A stretch of 64,000 nt of DNA, taken from positions 1,792,001 to 1,856,000 of the forward strand of contig CAVYSW010000003.1 of assembly GCA_963771275.1 (NCBI GenBank), given 5' to 3'. Numbering within the stretch: the first letter of the stretch is position 1; each line of letters opens with the position of its first letter. Position numbers and translations under genes: made by a program. This DNA is from an uncultured Gemmatimonadales bacterium. Its GTDB lineage: Bacteria > Gemmatimonadota > Gemmatimonadetes > Gemmatimonadales > GWC2-71-9. A model generated the notes under the pieces. That model did no database searches. It worked only from the letters and a program-made list of their open reading frames with translations, and was not told the origin of the DNA. Positions 8,030 to 16,672 of the stretch are shown here, piece after piece.

Positions 8030-10387
8030 TTGCGGATGGTGCCCGTGAAAACGTATTGTGGGGTGGTGGCTCAAGCATCCCCGCGCGTCAGACGGAGCCG
8101 CAGAGTGCTGTTGCTCTTCGGGCTTCTGGCTCCCACCATTGTGACTTCCCCACTCCTCCGCCGCGTGAGTCAGCAGGATGTCCGTCCGATCTTGCAGGTG
8201 GACTCTGCGGCAATGCTCCGGCAGGCGCGCGACACACTGAGACGCGGCGCGCTCGACGCCGCGATCCGCCTGGCCGAGCGCTACGCTCGCCGGTATCCCA
8301 AAGACCCCGCCGGACCGCTGCTCCTCGGCGATGCGTACATGCGCAAGATGCCCGCGGGCCGGTTCCGGGCGATGGAGTACTACCGCGCGGCCCAGCGGCT
8401 CGCACCGAAGAGCCCGGTGCCGCCCTACCGGCTGGCGGTCGCGGCCTTCTACATCGGCGGCGCGGACGGGGAGCGGATCGCGCGGGATGGGCTGGAACGG
8501 GTCCTGGAACTGGAGCCCCAGTATCCGGGGGCGTGGGAGAAATGGCGGCTCCTGTACCGCTCGCCGAGCGACCGCCGCAAGGTCATGGCCCTCCTCCGGC
8601 CACATGCGTCGGTGCCGCAGGTCGCCGAACGGCTTGCGGTGCTCCACATCGAAGACGAGCAGTACGGCGCCGCCGACTCGGTGCTGGGGGGCCTTCTCGC
8701 TCAGGACCGAGACAATGCGGGCTGGCTTGCGCTCCAGGCCCAAGGCAGGCTGGAGGCGGGTGATACCACGGGTGGCATGGCGCTCTACCAGCGGGCCCTG
8801 GCCCACGCCGCCACCGACTCCGAAGAGGTGCTCTGGCAACAGGTCATCGGGATCGCGTCGCCGGAGGAGTTTCTGGCCTGGGAGCGCGGCATCCCGCCGC
8901 GCGAGCGGGGCGCCTGGCTGACGGCGTTCTGGGCCCGGCGCAATCCCGATCTCTTCGCGGGCGTGAATCGCCGGATCGTGGAGCACTTCACGCGGCTCCG
9001 CTACGCGCGGAAGCGCTACCCGCTGCTCCATCCCATAGTCTCCTACCAGCGGGACGCGGTGGCCCGGGCCATGAACCTGGAGCCCTCCCGCGGCGAGCGG
9101 CAATTTCACCTCCGGTGCGAGGTCTACCAGGCGCTGGCGCCGTCCGGCGGCGGCCACGTTGCCCTGCCGGGCGTCTCCCACGCGCGGGAGCGGGCGCTCA
9201 CCGACATGGGGATCCTGTCGTACCTCACGGATGAGGAGAAGCAGAGTGCGTGGGCGACGGTGCGGGCTGGAGCCGCGAGGGGGCGGATAGACGCGCTACC
9301 CAACATCTTGAAAGAGGCCCTGGCGGAGGGAGGGGACCTGGCGTTTGCGCCGACGCAGTTCGCGCCGCTCGGGTTCGACCTGCGCGACGTGGACTCGGTG
9401 GCCGCGCGGATCGGCTACAGCCTGGCCACCGGTTTGGATGACCGGGGACTCATGTACCTCCGCTTTGGAAAGCCGGACCAGGCGCTGCTGGGCGGCGACA
9501 ACTCGCTCGATCCCCAGTGCAACACCAGCGAGGTGGAGCGGTGGCGGTACCCCGGGATCGGCGAGGTCCGATTCGCCAAGCCGAACGCGTTCTCCAAAGG
9601 TCTCCGTGTCGTGCCGGAGATGGTGTTCCGGCCGATGAACCCCGATCAGTTCGAGGTGATGCGGGCGGGGCTCACGCGCGATGCCTCCTCCGAGCCCGCA
9701 CCCTTGGAGTTCGGCGTGTGGACGGCGCAGTTCCGCGATCGCGAGGATCCGGAGTACACGGATGTGCTCGTGGTGAGCACGCTCGGCCGGCTGGCCGCTA
9801 CGCTGGCGCCGCCGGAAGGCGGAGCCTCGGGGCAACGGGAGAGCGGCACGGGCCGCGTGACGCTGGTCGAGCGGAGCGGGGCGTACGCCCTGCTGGCGCA
9901 CGCGCGGCAGGGCGACCAGCTCGGGCGGCAGTCCCTCAACCTCGCGGTCAAGGACTTCCGGGGTCACTCGATGAGCGACCTGCTCCTGGCTCCGGCGTGG
10001 GAATCGGCGGTGGACAGCGTGACCCGCGCCGACATGATCGCCCGGGCGCCGCGCGACCTGACCTTCGCGGCCGGGGTCACCGCGCGGGCCTACGTCGAGC
10101 TCTACGGGCTCACGGCGCAGGCGGGGCGGCAGACCGTGCGCGCGCGGTTTCTCGTGCTGCGAACGCGGGATCCCTATCGCGATATCGCGCGGGAAGCCTG
10201 GGAGGGCGCCACGGCGTTCGAGTTCGATCGGGCGCAGCCCGTGAAGGGCGACGACCCCGTCCGTTTGGCGCTGGACATTCAGCCGGGGTATCTCCCGCGG
10301 GGCACCTATCTGCTCCGTGCCGAGGTGCTCGACCTCACCTCCGAGCGGCAGCTGGGGCGGGCTGCCATCGCATTCCAGGTGCGTTGA
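8030..10387 (+). CDS. TPR-containing GWxTD-domain-like protein
   Basis: TPR-like helical repeats; FWARRNPDLF...EHFTRLRYA; GLDDRGLMYLRFGKPD; ERWRY; start uncertain. Confidence 0.75.
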   Translation: MRMVPVKTYCGVVAQASPRVRRSRRVLLLFGLLAPTIVTSPLLRRVSQQDVRPILQVDSAAMLRQARDTLRRGALDAAIRLAERYARRYPKDPAGPLLLGDAYMRKMPAGRFRAMEYYRAAQRLAPKSPVPPYRLAVAAFYIGGADGERIARDGLERVLELEPQYPGAWEKWRLLYRSPSDRRKVMALLRPHASVPQVAERLAVLHIEDEQYGAADSVLGGLLAQDRDNAGWLALQAQGRLEAGDTTGGMALYQRALAHAATDSEEVLWQQVIGIASPEEFLAWERGIPPRERGAWLTAFWARRNPDLFAGVNRRIVEHFTRLRYARKRYPLLHPIVSYQRDAVARAMNLEPSRGERQFHLRCEVYQALAPSGGGHVALPGVSHARERALTDMGILSYLTDEEKQSAWATVRAGAARGRIDALPNILKEALAEGGDLAFAPTQFAPLGFDLRDVDSVAARIGYSLATGLDDRGLMYLRFGKPDQALLGGDNSLDPQCNTSEVERWRYPGIGEVRFAKPNAFSKGLRVVPEMVFRPMNPDQFEVMRAGLTRDASSEPAPLEFGVWTAQFRDREDPEYTDVLVVSTLGRLAATLAPPEGGASGQRESGTGRVTLVERSGAYALLAHARQGDQLGRQSLNLAVKDFRGHSMSDLLLAPAWESAVDSVTRADMIARAPRDLTFAAGVTARAYVELYGLTAQAGRQTVRARFLVLRTRDPYRDIAREAWEGATAFEFDRAQPVKGDDPVRLALDIQPGYLPRGTYLLRAEVLDLTSERQLGRAAIAFQVR

Positions 10388-10446
10388 GGGCGGTGCCCCA
10401 CGTTCGAGCCCCTCGGGGACGCCGCTGGTGGAACCCGCGCGCGGAT

Positions 10447-11676
10447 GTGGATCCTGCTGAAGCCGGCCCTCGGCGTGTCCTATCGCCCAGGCGACGCGTA
10501 TGCCTCCAACGCGGTGCGATCGCGCAGCTCGTCGTGCCCCTGCTACTGAGCCACGTGGCCTGTGATAGGGAGGCGCGGGCCTCCCATACAGTTGAGCCCC
10601 GCGATAGCGCTGGCGTAGTGATCTTCGAAGCGCCGGCCGACGGGCGGCAGGTCCCCACGTGGAGTGTTGGCACGCCCGAGGTGTTGATCGGGGAGGCCGA
10701 AGGTGGTGAGCCACTCTATCGAGTGACTGCGGGGCGCCAATTCGTGGACGGCTCGTTCGTGATTGCGAACGAGGGGAGCCATGAGCTGCGCTTCTATTCC
10801 CCCCAGGGTGTCCTGGAACGCTCGGTCGGACGTGAGGGCTCTGGTCCCAACGAATTCCGCGCGCTCGACTTCTTGGAAGTAGTCGCTGAGTCGGTGTGGG
10901 TGTACGACGGGCTGAACCAGCGGATGAGTGTGCTGGACCGCTCCGGCGGGTTCGCACGGGTCATTCCGCTGGGCACCGTCTCTACCCAGGGGCTCGCCCG
11001 CGCCGTGGGCGTGTTTGATGATGGCTCCATTCTCGTCATCAGGAGCGAGCCCGGGACTATCGTGCCGGGGCTCAACGCCATCTACCGGCGAGCCTTCGTG
11101 CTGCACCCCGATGGCTCGATCGCCGAGCTAGGGCGATTCTTCCGCGGGGAGTCCTACTGGACCGACGTAGGGGATGGCATCGTTGACGTGGGGCAGCCCT
11201 TCGCTCGCGAAGGGCTCATGGCCGTGCGCGGCAGCGAGTGGTTCTACAGCGGGGGCGCGGAGTACCGGGTGGAGCAGTACGACATGAGCGGTCGGCTGAG
11301 CGCGATCTTTGCCTATGCAGGGCAGCCGCGAGCGGTGACCCAGGCGGACCTCGATGACTACTGGAAGGAAACCCGTGATGAGGCTGGCGGGCCGAGTCTG
11401 CGCGAACAGCTCTTGCGGAAAGCGCCCCTGCCGGAGCGGATGCCGGCGTACGCTGGGCTCCTGATCGATCGGGAGGGCAACGTGTGGGCGGCGCCGCACG
11501 GTGGAGTCAAGCCACAGAACTGTTGGCGTGTCTACCAGCGGCGGCCTCCGGCGTTTGCCCAAGCATGTCTCCCGGACCGATTCACGGTGCTCGATATCGC
11601 CGGCACATCCGTGCTGGGTGTTCTCCGCGACGAGAACGATGTTGAGCATGTGGCTCGATACCGCCTAGTGAAGTGA
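10447..11676 (+). CDS. Secreted/lipoprotein 6-bladed beta-propeller protein (copy 1, apparently intact)
   Basis: RDSAGVVI, GREGSGPNEFR, LLIDREGNVW, LRDENDVEHVARYRL; hydrophobic stretch ending HVAC; start uncertain. Confidence 0.75.
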   Translation: MDPAEAGPRRVLSPRRRVCLQRGAIAQLVVPLLLSHVACDREARASHTVEPRDSAGVVIFEAPADGRQVPTWSVGTPEVLIGEAEGGEPLYRVTAGRQFVDGSFVIANEGSHELRFYSPQGVLERSVGREGSGPNEFRALDFLEVVAESVWVYDGLNQRMSVLDRSGGFARVIPLGTVSTQGLARAVGVFDDGSILVIRSEPGTIVPGLNAIYRRAFVLHPDGSIAELGRFFRGESYWTDVGDGIVDVGQPFAREGLMAVRGSEWFYSGGAEYRVEQYDMSGRLSAIFAYAGQPRAVTQADLDDYWKETRDEAGGPSLREQLLRKAPLPERMPAYAGLLIDREGNVWAAPHGGVKPQNCWRVYQRRPPAFAQACLPDRFTVLDIAGTSVLGVLRDENDVEHVARYRLVK

Positions 11677-11813
11677 GCTGCGGCGCCTTTTCAGCGGGAT
11701 TCCCTGGTGTGTGTCGCCCGACCGTGGAAGCGGGCTCCAGGACTGCGCGCCACCTGTCAGAAGCGACCCCCCGCGCTATCTTCGGGAAGGCGGTTGATCG
11801 CCTTGGGGGGACC

Positions 11814-12236
11814 GTGATCCAGTCTCGAGCGTCAGTGCCGGATGCCAGACTGCGGGAGGTTGCCCGCGATGTCGCCGGGCGATTCGGTCTGCGACTGGTC
11901 GTCCTGTTCGGCTCGACCGCGCGCCAGGAGCCGGAGCCCCGGGACCTCGACCTCGGCGTCTTGAGGTCGGAACCGCTCGATGCGGTGGTGATCACGAACG
12001 CTTTCATTCGCGCCTTGGGTACGCAATCGGTCGACGTGACCGACCTGCGGCGCGCGGACCCCGTCCTGCTGGCATTGGCCGCGCGTGACGGAAGGGCGCT
12101 GTTTGAGACGGAGCCGGGCCTCTTTGCCCAATTCGCTTCCGTTGCTGCGCGCCGATTCGCCGACACCCGGAAGTTCCGGGATGCGCAGGCGCAGGCGTTG
12201 CGCGCCGCGATCGGTCCCCGATCCGCGGCCCCATGA
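11814..12236 (+). CDS. mntA: Minimal nucleotidyltransferase (MNT) antitoxin, copy 1
   Basis: VVLFGSTARQEPEPRDLDLGV (GS-x9-DxD) and VDVTDL; ATGA overlap with the HEPN gene. Confidence 0.8.
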   Translation: MIQSRASVPDARLREVARDVAGRFGLRLVVLFGSTARQEPEPRDLDLGVLRSEPLDAVVITNAFIRALGTQSVDVTDLRRADPVLLALAARDGRALFETEPGLFAQFASVAARRFADTRKFRDAQAQALRAAIGPRSAAP

Positions 12237-12586
12237 CCGAGCTCGATCGCGCGCTGGTGCGCCGCAAGCTGGCGGCGATCGCCCGCAACTTGGCGGACCT
12301 TGCACCCATTGAGGCGCTGACCCTCCCGCAGTATCTGGAGGATCGGCTGCGGCGCAAGGCGGTCGAGCGGTTGCTCCAGGAGGTCGTCGAGGCAGGCGTG
12401 GACGTGAATCTGCACGTCTTGCGCACCTTGGGCGTTCCGCTGCCCGGCGACTACTACGGAGTGACAGCCACGGCGGTACCCATGGCCGAGGTGAAGGACA
12501 TCCAACTCACCTCGAACTTCGGGGAGAGCCTCGCTCGTGGCGCACGCCCTCGTGGTCGCGCGGTGCAGAATCGGGGTGAACGGTGA
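12233..12586 (+). pseudogene. Truncated HEPN (DUF86/HepT) toxin, copy 1
   Basis: Protein identical to 14890..15321 up to PGDYY (nt 12457), then unrelated sequence; lacks the RNRLVHQY active site. Confidence 0.85.
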
Positions 12587-13635
12587 GGTCGTCCTGGATC
12601 CTAGCGTTGACCTGTGCGACCGCTGCCGGCAGTGCGGTCGCACAGGCACCTCGGGTGACCCATGTGCCGAATGTGCGGCCGTCGCCCGTGATGCCGGCCA
12701 TGGACACACTCTGGAGTGTGGGGCTCGACGAAGCAGCAGGCCCGGACTCTCTGTTCGGAAACATGGCCTCTGTGGTGGCGGCGCCCGACGGGCTTCGCAT
12801 CCTCGTCGCTGACCCTAATGCCGGCGAGATGCGAGTGTTCGATGCGGCCACCGGCCGGCTCTTGGCCAAGATCGGGCGGCGTGGAGGGGGCCCCGGGGAA
12901 TTCCGCTTCGCAGACCGCGTGACCATCACTCGCCAGGGCTCCATTCTGGCGTACGACCGAGGACGCGGCGTGGTCATCCAGTTCGACAGTACGGGCCGCT
13001 ACACCAAAGAGGTCCGGCTGGAGAGTCCAGTTTCGCCGGAAACCCTAGTGGCGACTGACAGCCTCTTCGTGTTCTCCGGCGTCATGCACCAAGGGCCATA
13101 CACTCGCCGCGCCATCCACGTGTTCGACCGTGCGCAGGGCCGTTCCCTCCGCTCGTTCGGCAGGCTTCCCGACGCGCCGTCGGAAGTGATATCTCAGACT
13201 ATCGGCGCGGGCCTCCTCTCATGGTCCGGGGACGGGAACCTCTGGCATGCGCAGCGCGCGCCCTACCTGATTGAGAAGTTCACGCCTCAGGGCGAGTTGC
13301 TTCTCAGCCTGGAGAGGGAGAATGACTTCCTCCCGAGCGCCGCATCCTCGTATCGGGTGGCGTACCAGGCGCAGCGCATGCGGATAGAGGAGGACCCGTA
13401 TGCCGTGGCCGTCGCCATCCTGGAGACTGAGGACGGCACGCTGTTGCACCAAGTATGGCTCTCCGGCCGCCGATACGTGCTCGATGTGTTTGATGCCACG
13501 CTACTGCTCCGGGCAAGCTATGTCGGTGAGATGCCGGTCCTGGTGGCCCCGCTGGGAGACAGCCGCTACGCGGTCAACGGCAAGGGGCCCGACGACCAAT
13601 ACTGGGTCGGCGTGGTCCGGATGCACCTCCCCTAG
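12583..13635 (+). CDS. Secreted 6-bladed beta-propeller protein
   Basis: Signal peptide ending AVA/Q; IGRRGGGPGEFR, VIQFDSTGRY, YLIEKFTPQGELL. Confidence 0.8.
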   Translation: MRSSWILALTCATAAGSAVAQAPRVTHVPNVRPSPVMPAMDTLWSVGLDEAAGPDSLFGNMASVVAAPDGLRILVADPNAGEMRVFDAATGRLLAKIGRRGGGPGEFRFADRVTITRQGSILAYDRGRGVVIQFDSTGRYTKEVRLESPVSPETLVATDSLFVFSGVMHQGPYTRRAIHVFDRAQGRSLRSFGRLPDAPSEVISQTIGAGLLSWSGDGNLWHAQRAPYLIEKFTPQGELLLSLERENDFLPSAASSYRVAYQAQRMRIEEDPYAVAVAILETEDGTLLHQVWLSGRRYVLDVFDATLLLRASYVGEMPVLVAPLGDSRYAVNGKGPDDQYWVGVVRMHLP

Positions 13636-13752
13636 CGTAACAGGCCGGCGTGCTTTCGCAGGATCCTGCTGAAGCAGGCCCTTGGCGCGTTCTGTCGCCC
13701 AGGCGGCAGTTGGCTGCGGCATGACCGTCCTCTCGATTCGGAACGGGTAGCC

Positions 13753-14262
13753 GTGAAAGCGCACTGCCTCCAACGCGATGTGATCGCGCAGCCCGTCGTG
13801 CTCCTCTTCCTGGGCCAAGAGGCCTGTGATAGGGAGGCCCGGGCTCCCCATACAGCCGAGCTCCGGGATAGCGCTGGCGTTGTGATCTTCGAAGGGCCGG
13901 CCGACCGACGGCAGGTCCCCACGTGGACCGTGGGCAAGCCCCCCGAGCTTCTGATCGCCGAGGCCGCAGGTGGCGAACCGCTGTATCGAGTGACTGCGGG
14001 GCGCTAGTTCGTGGACGGCTCGTTCGTGATCGCGAACGAGGGGAGCCATGAGCTGCGCTTCTACTCCCGCCAGGGCGATCTCGAGCGTTCGGTCGGACGT
14101 GAGGGCTCTGGTCCCAACGAATTTCGCGCGCTGGACTTCCTAGCAGAGGTCTCTGATTCCCTGTGGGTGTATGACAGGCTGAGCCAGCGTATGAGTGTGT
14201 TGGATCGCTCCGGCGAGTTCGTACGGGCGATTCCGCTGGGAACCGTCTCGACGAAGGGACTC
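13753..14262 (+). pseudogene. Beta-propeller pseudogene (paralogue of 10447..11676)
   Basis: Colinear with copy 1; CAA>TAG at 14005-14007; homology ends after PLGTVSTKGL near 14262. Confidence 0.85.
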
Positions 14263-14288
14263 CCGCCACTGAGGGAGGCCTGGCCCCT

Positions 14289-14334
14289 CTTCACGTACCT
14301 GTCATACAGCGCCGAATGCCGCTCATAGCGATCC
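14289..14334 (-). repeat. Displaced copy of the S9 peptidase 3' end (short, more diverged)
   Basis: 36/46 nt match 16679-16724 by manual alignment; minus strand reads DRYERHSALYDRYVK. Confidence 0.8.
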
Positions 14335-14470
14335 GCTCCGGCGCCCCTTCAGCGCGCTTCCCCGGTGTGGGATGCCCGACTTTGGAAGAGGGCTTCAGGA
14401 GTGGCGCCACCTATCGGAAGGCGCCCCCCGGGCTATTTTCGGGAAGGCGATTGGTCGCCTCGGGGGGGCC

Positions 14471-14893
14471 GTGATCCGATCTCCAGTGTCAGTGCCGGAT
14501 GCCAGACTGCGGGAGGTCGCCCGCGACGTCGCTGGGCGATTCGGCCTGCGACTGGTCGTCCTGTTCGGCTCGACCGCCCGCCAAGAGCCGGATCCCCGCG
14601 ATCTCGACTTGGGTGTGGTGGGGTCAGAGCCGCTCGACGTGGTGGCGATCACGAACGCTGTCATTCGCGCGCTGGGCATGCAATCGGTCGACGTGGCCGA
14701 CCTGCGGCGCGCGGACCCCGTCCTGCTGGCACTGGCCGCGCGCGACGGGAGGGCGCTGTTTGAGGCGGAGTCGGGCCTCTTCGCCAACTTCGTCTCGGTT
14801 GCCGCCCGCCGATTTGCCGACACCCGGAAATTCCGGGATGCGCAGGCTGAGGCGCTGCGCTCCACGATTGGCCGCCGGTCCGCGGCCCCGTGA
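14471..14893 (+). CDS. mntA: MNT antitoxin, copy 2
   Basis: VVLFGSTARQEPDPRDLDLGV; GTGA overlap with the HEPN gene. Confidence 0.82.
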   Translation: MIRSPVSVPDARLREVARDVAGRFGLRLVVLFGSTARQEPDPRDLDLGVVGSEPLDVVAITNAVIRALGMQSVDVADLRRADPVLLALAARDGRALFEAESGLFANFVSVAARRFADTRKFRDAQAEALRSTIGRRSAAP

Positions 14894-15321
14894 CCGAGCT
14901 CGATCGCGCGCTGGTGCGCCGCAAGCTGGCGGCGATCGCCCGCAACCTGGCGGACCTTGCACCCATTGAGGCGCTGACCCTCCCGCAGTACCTGGAGGAT
15001 CGGTTGCGGCGCAAGGCGGTCGAGCGGCTGCTCCAGGAGGTCGTCGAGGCGGGCGTGGACGTGAATCTGCACGTCTTGCGCACCCTAGGCGTCCCGCTGC
15101 CCGGCGACTACTACAGCGCGTTCATCGACATTGGGCGGCACGGGGTGGTGTCGCTGGATCTCGCCGAGCGCCTCGCGCCCGCCGCAGGACTGCGGAACCG
15201 GCTGGTGCACCAGTATGACGAGATCGACGACGCCATCGTGCTGCGGGCCGTGAGTGAGGCGCGGCGGGATTTTGGCGCATACCTGTCCGCCCTTGAGGAC
15301 TACGTGCAGCGAACGGACTGA
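14890..15321 (+). CDS. hepT: HEPN (DUF86/HepT-like) RNase toxin, intact
   Basis: AVERLLQ; GLRNRLVHQYDEID (Rx4HxY motif). Confidence 0.88.
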   Translation: MTELDRALVRRKLAAIARNLADLAPIEALTLPQYLEDRLRRKAVERLLQEVVEAGVDVNLHVLRTLGVPLPGDYYSAFIDIGRHGVVSLDLAERLAPAAGLRNRLVHQYDEIDDAIVLRAVSEARRDFGAYLSALEDYVQRTD

Positions 15322-15367
15322 CGGTCCGTCCGAGCCTCCCTTGGACTCTCAGCCCTCTCATCTCGCG

Positions 15368-15454
15368 CCCTTCACGTACTTGTCACACGCCGCCACATGC
15401 CGCTCGTAACGGTCCTTCTGACAGCTCGGCTTGCCGATCCCGTGCGGCTGGCCG
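15368..15454 (-). repeat. Displaced copy of the S9 peptidase 3' end (87 bp)
   Basis: 76/87 nt match 16677-16763; reads GQPHGIGKPSCQKDRYERHVAACDKYVKG, with a stop at 15358-15360. Confidence 0.9.
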
Positions 15455-16597
15455 TCGCAACGGGTTTCGTAGCCTTCGTGGCGGTTGCGTGCAGCCCGAA
15501 ACCGCCGGCGTGGTGTGATGCGCCAGCCGGCGCGACAACGATCGTCATGGCCACTCCGACACCCTCGCAGGGAGTGCTTCGGTTGAGGGAAATGTGGGAA
15601 GCCCGCCCAGGTGAGGACCTGGGACTCCGCGGCCCGAGCGCCGTCGCGGTTGATCCCGCTTCCGGGATGATCGCGGTCGCGGATCACGTCAGCACACAGC
15701 ATCGATCTCATCACAGGTGAGGGGACGTGGGCTTGGCGTTGGATGCGTCCGGGACGAGGACCGGGTCAACTCTCCTTGCCCGCCGCCCTCGACTGGGCAC
15801 CCGATGGCACGTTGGCGATACTGGATCCAGTTCTTCGTAAGATCGTCCGACTCGACTCCGCAGGCCACCATGTCGCGGAATCCCCGTTGCCCCCGGCGCT
15901 CATGGGGAACCTGCCTGACTGGTGGGTGTTGCTTCGAGGGTCGGACATCATCGGCGTACCCAGTCCCAGGCTGATGAGCACGGATCCGAGACTTGCCATC
16001 GACATGGTGCTGCTTATCTCCAGGAACTACGGCGCCGGCCTCGACACGATCATCACGAAGGCTGTCCGGGTCTTTCAAGGGAGCGGGTTTTCCCCGAGCA
16101 TCCTCCCAGGGTCGTCCGTTCCGGTCGCCGCGCCCCTGGAGGATGGTCTCCTCGCTGTCGCCGGTGATATCCCGCAATTCCGCATCCGCATCCTGGGGCC
16201 CGACGGGAACGTGCTGCGCGTCGTCTGCCGGATCACTCCGGCCCTTCCGCTCTCGGAGGCAGAACTCCGCCTCGCGGCTGAACTCGGTGCGGCTGAGCCC
16301 GCACCGAACCTCGCGCGAATCGGCCGGCTGTTCTCGGATGGCGAGGGTCGAATCTGGGCCCAACGGGATCGGGTCTCGGGCGTGTACCTCCAAGATCGAT
16401 GGTTCGGCCCGCCCGGCGCGACGTTCGATGTGCTCGATGGCAGCGGGAGGTACCTGGGTGAGGTTCAAGCACCTAATGACACGCGACTGGCGGCAGCGCA
16501 CGGGAACACGGTGATCGGCCTGCGTTCCGACAGCCTTGGGGCGGTGTCGGTCGTGGCCTTCCGGCTGGAGCTGCGGAGCGTGGCGGTTGATCGGTGA
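15397..16597 (+). pseudogene. Lipoprotein beta-propeller, frameshifted near 15695 (true lesion or assembly indel)
   Basis: Lipobox-like AVAC; first frame ends at 15720, next frame continues IDLITGEGTWAWRWMRPGRGPGQL...DGEGRIW...FDVLDGSGRYLGEV. Confidence 0.7.
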
Positions 16598-16631
16598 GAT
16601 CGGTGGGTCCTGCACAGGCAACCTCCTGCGC

Positions 16632-16666
16632 GCTCCCCGCTGCACCCTGCACGCTGCCCGCTGCAC
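16632..16666. repeat. Five tandem heptamers (consensus GCTGCAC)
   Basis: gctcccc gctgcac cctgcac gctgccc gctgcac, immediately downstream of the S9 stop codon. Confidence 0.7.
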
Positions 16667-16672
16667 GTTCGT

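Noticed and set aside
10390..16670. Classical integron cassette array
   Set aside because: No IntI tyrosine recombinase and no recognisable attC (RYYYAAC...GTTRRRY) pattern between genes; the boundaries match S9 gene-end copies instead.
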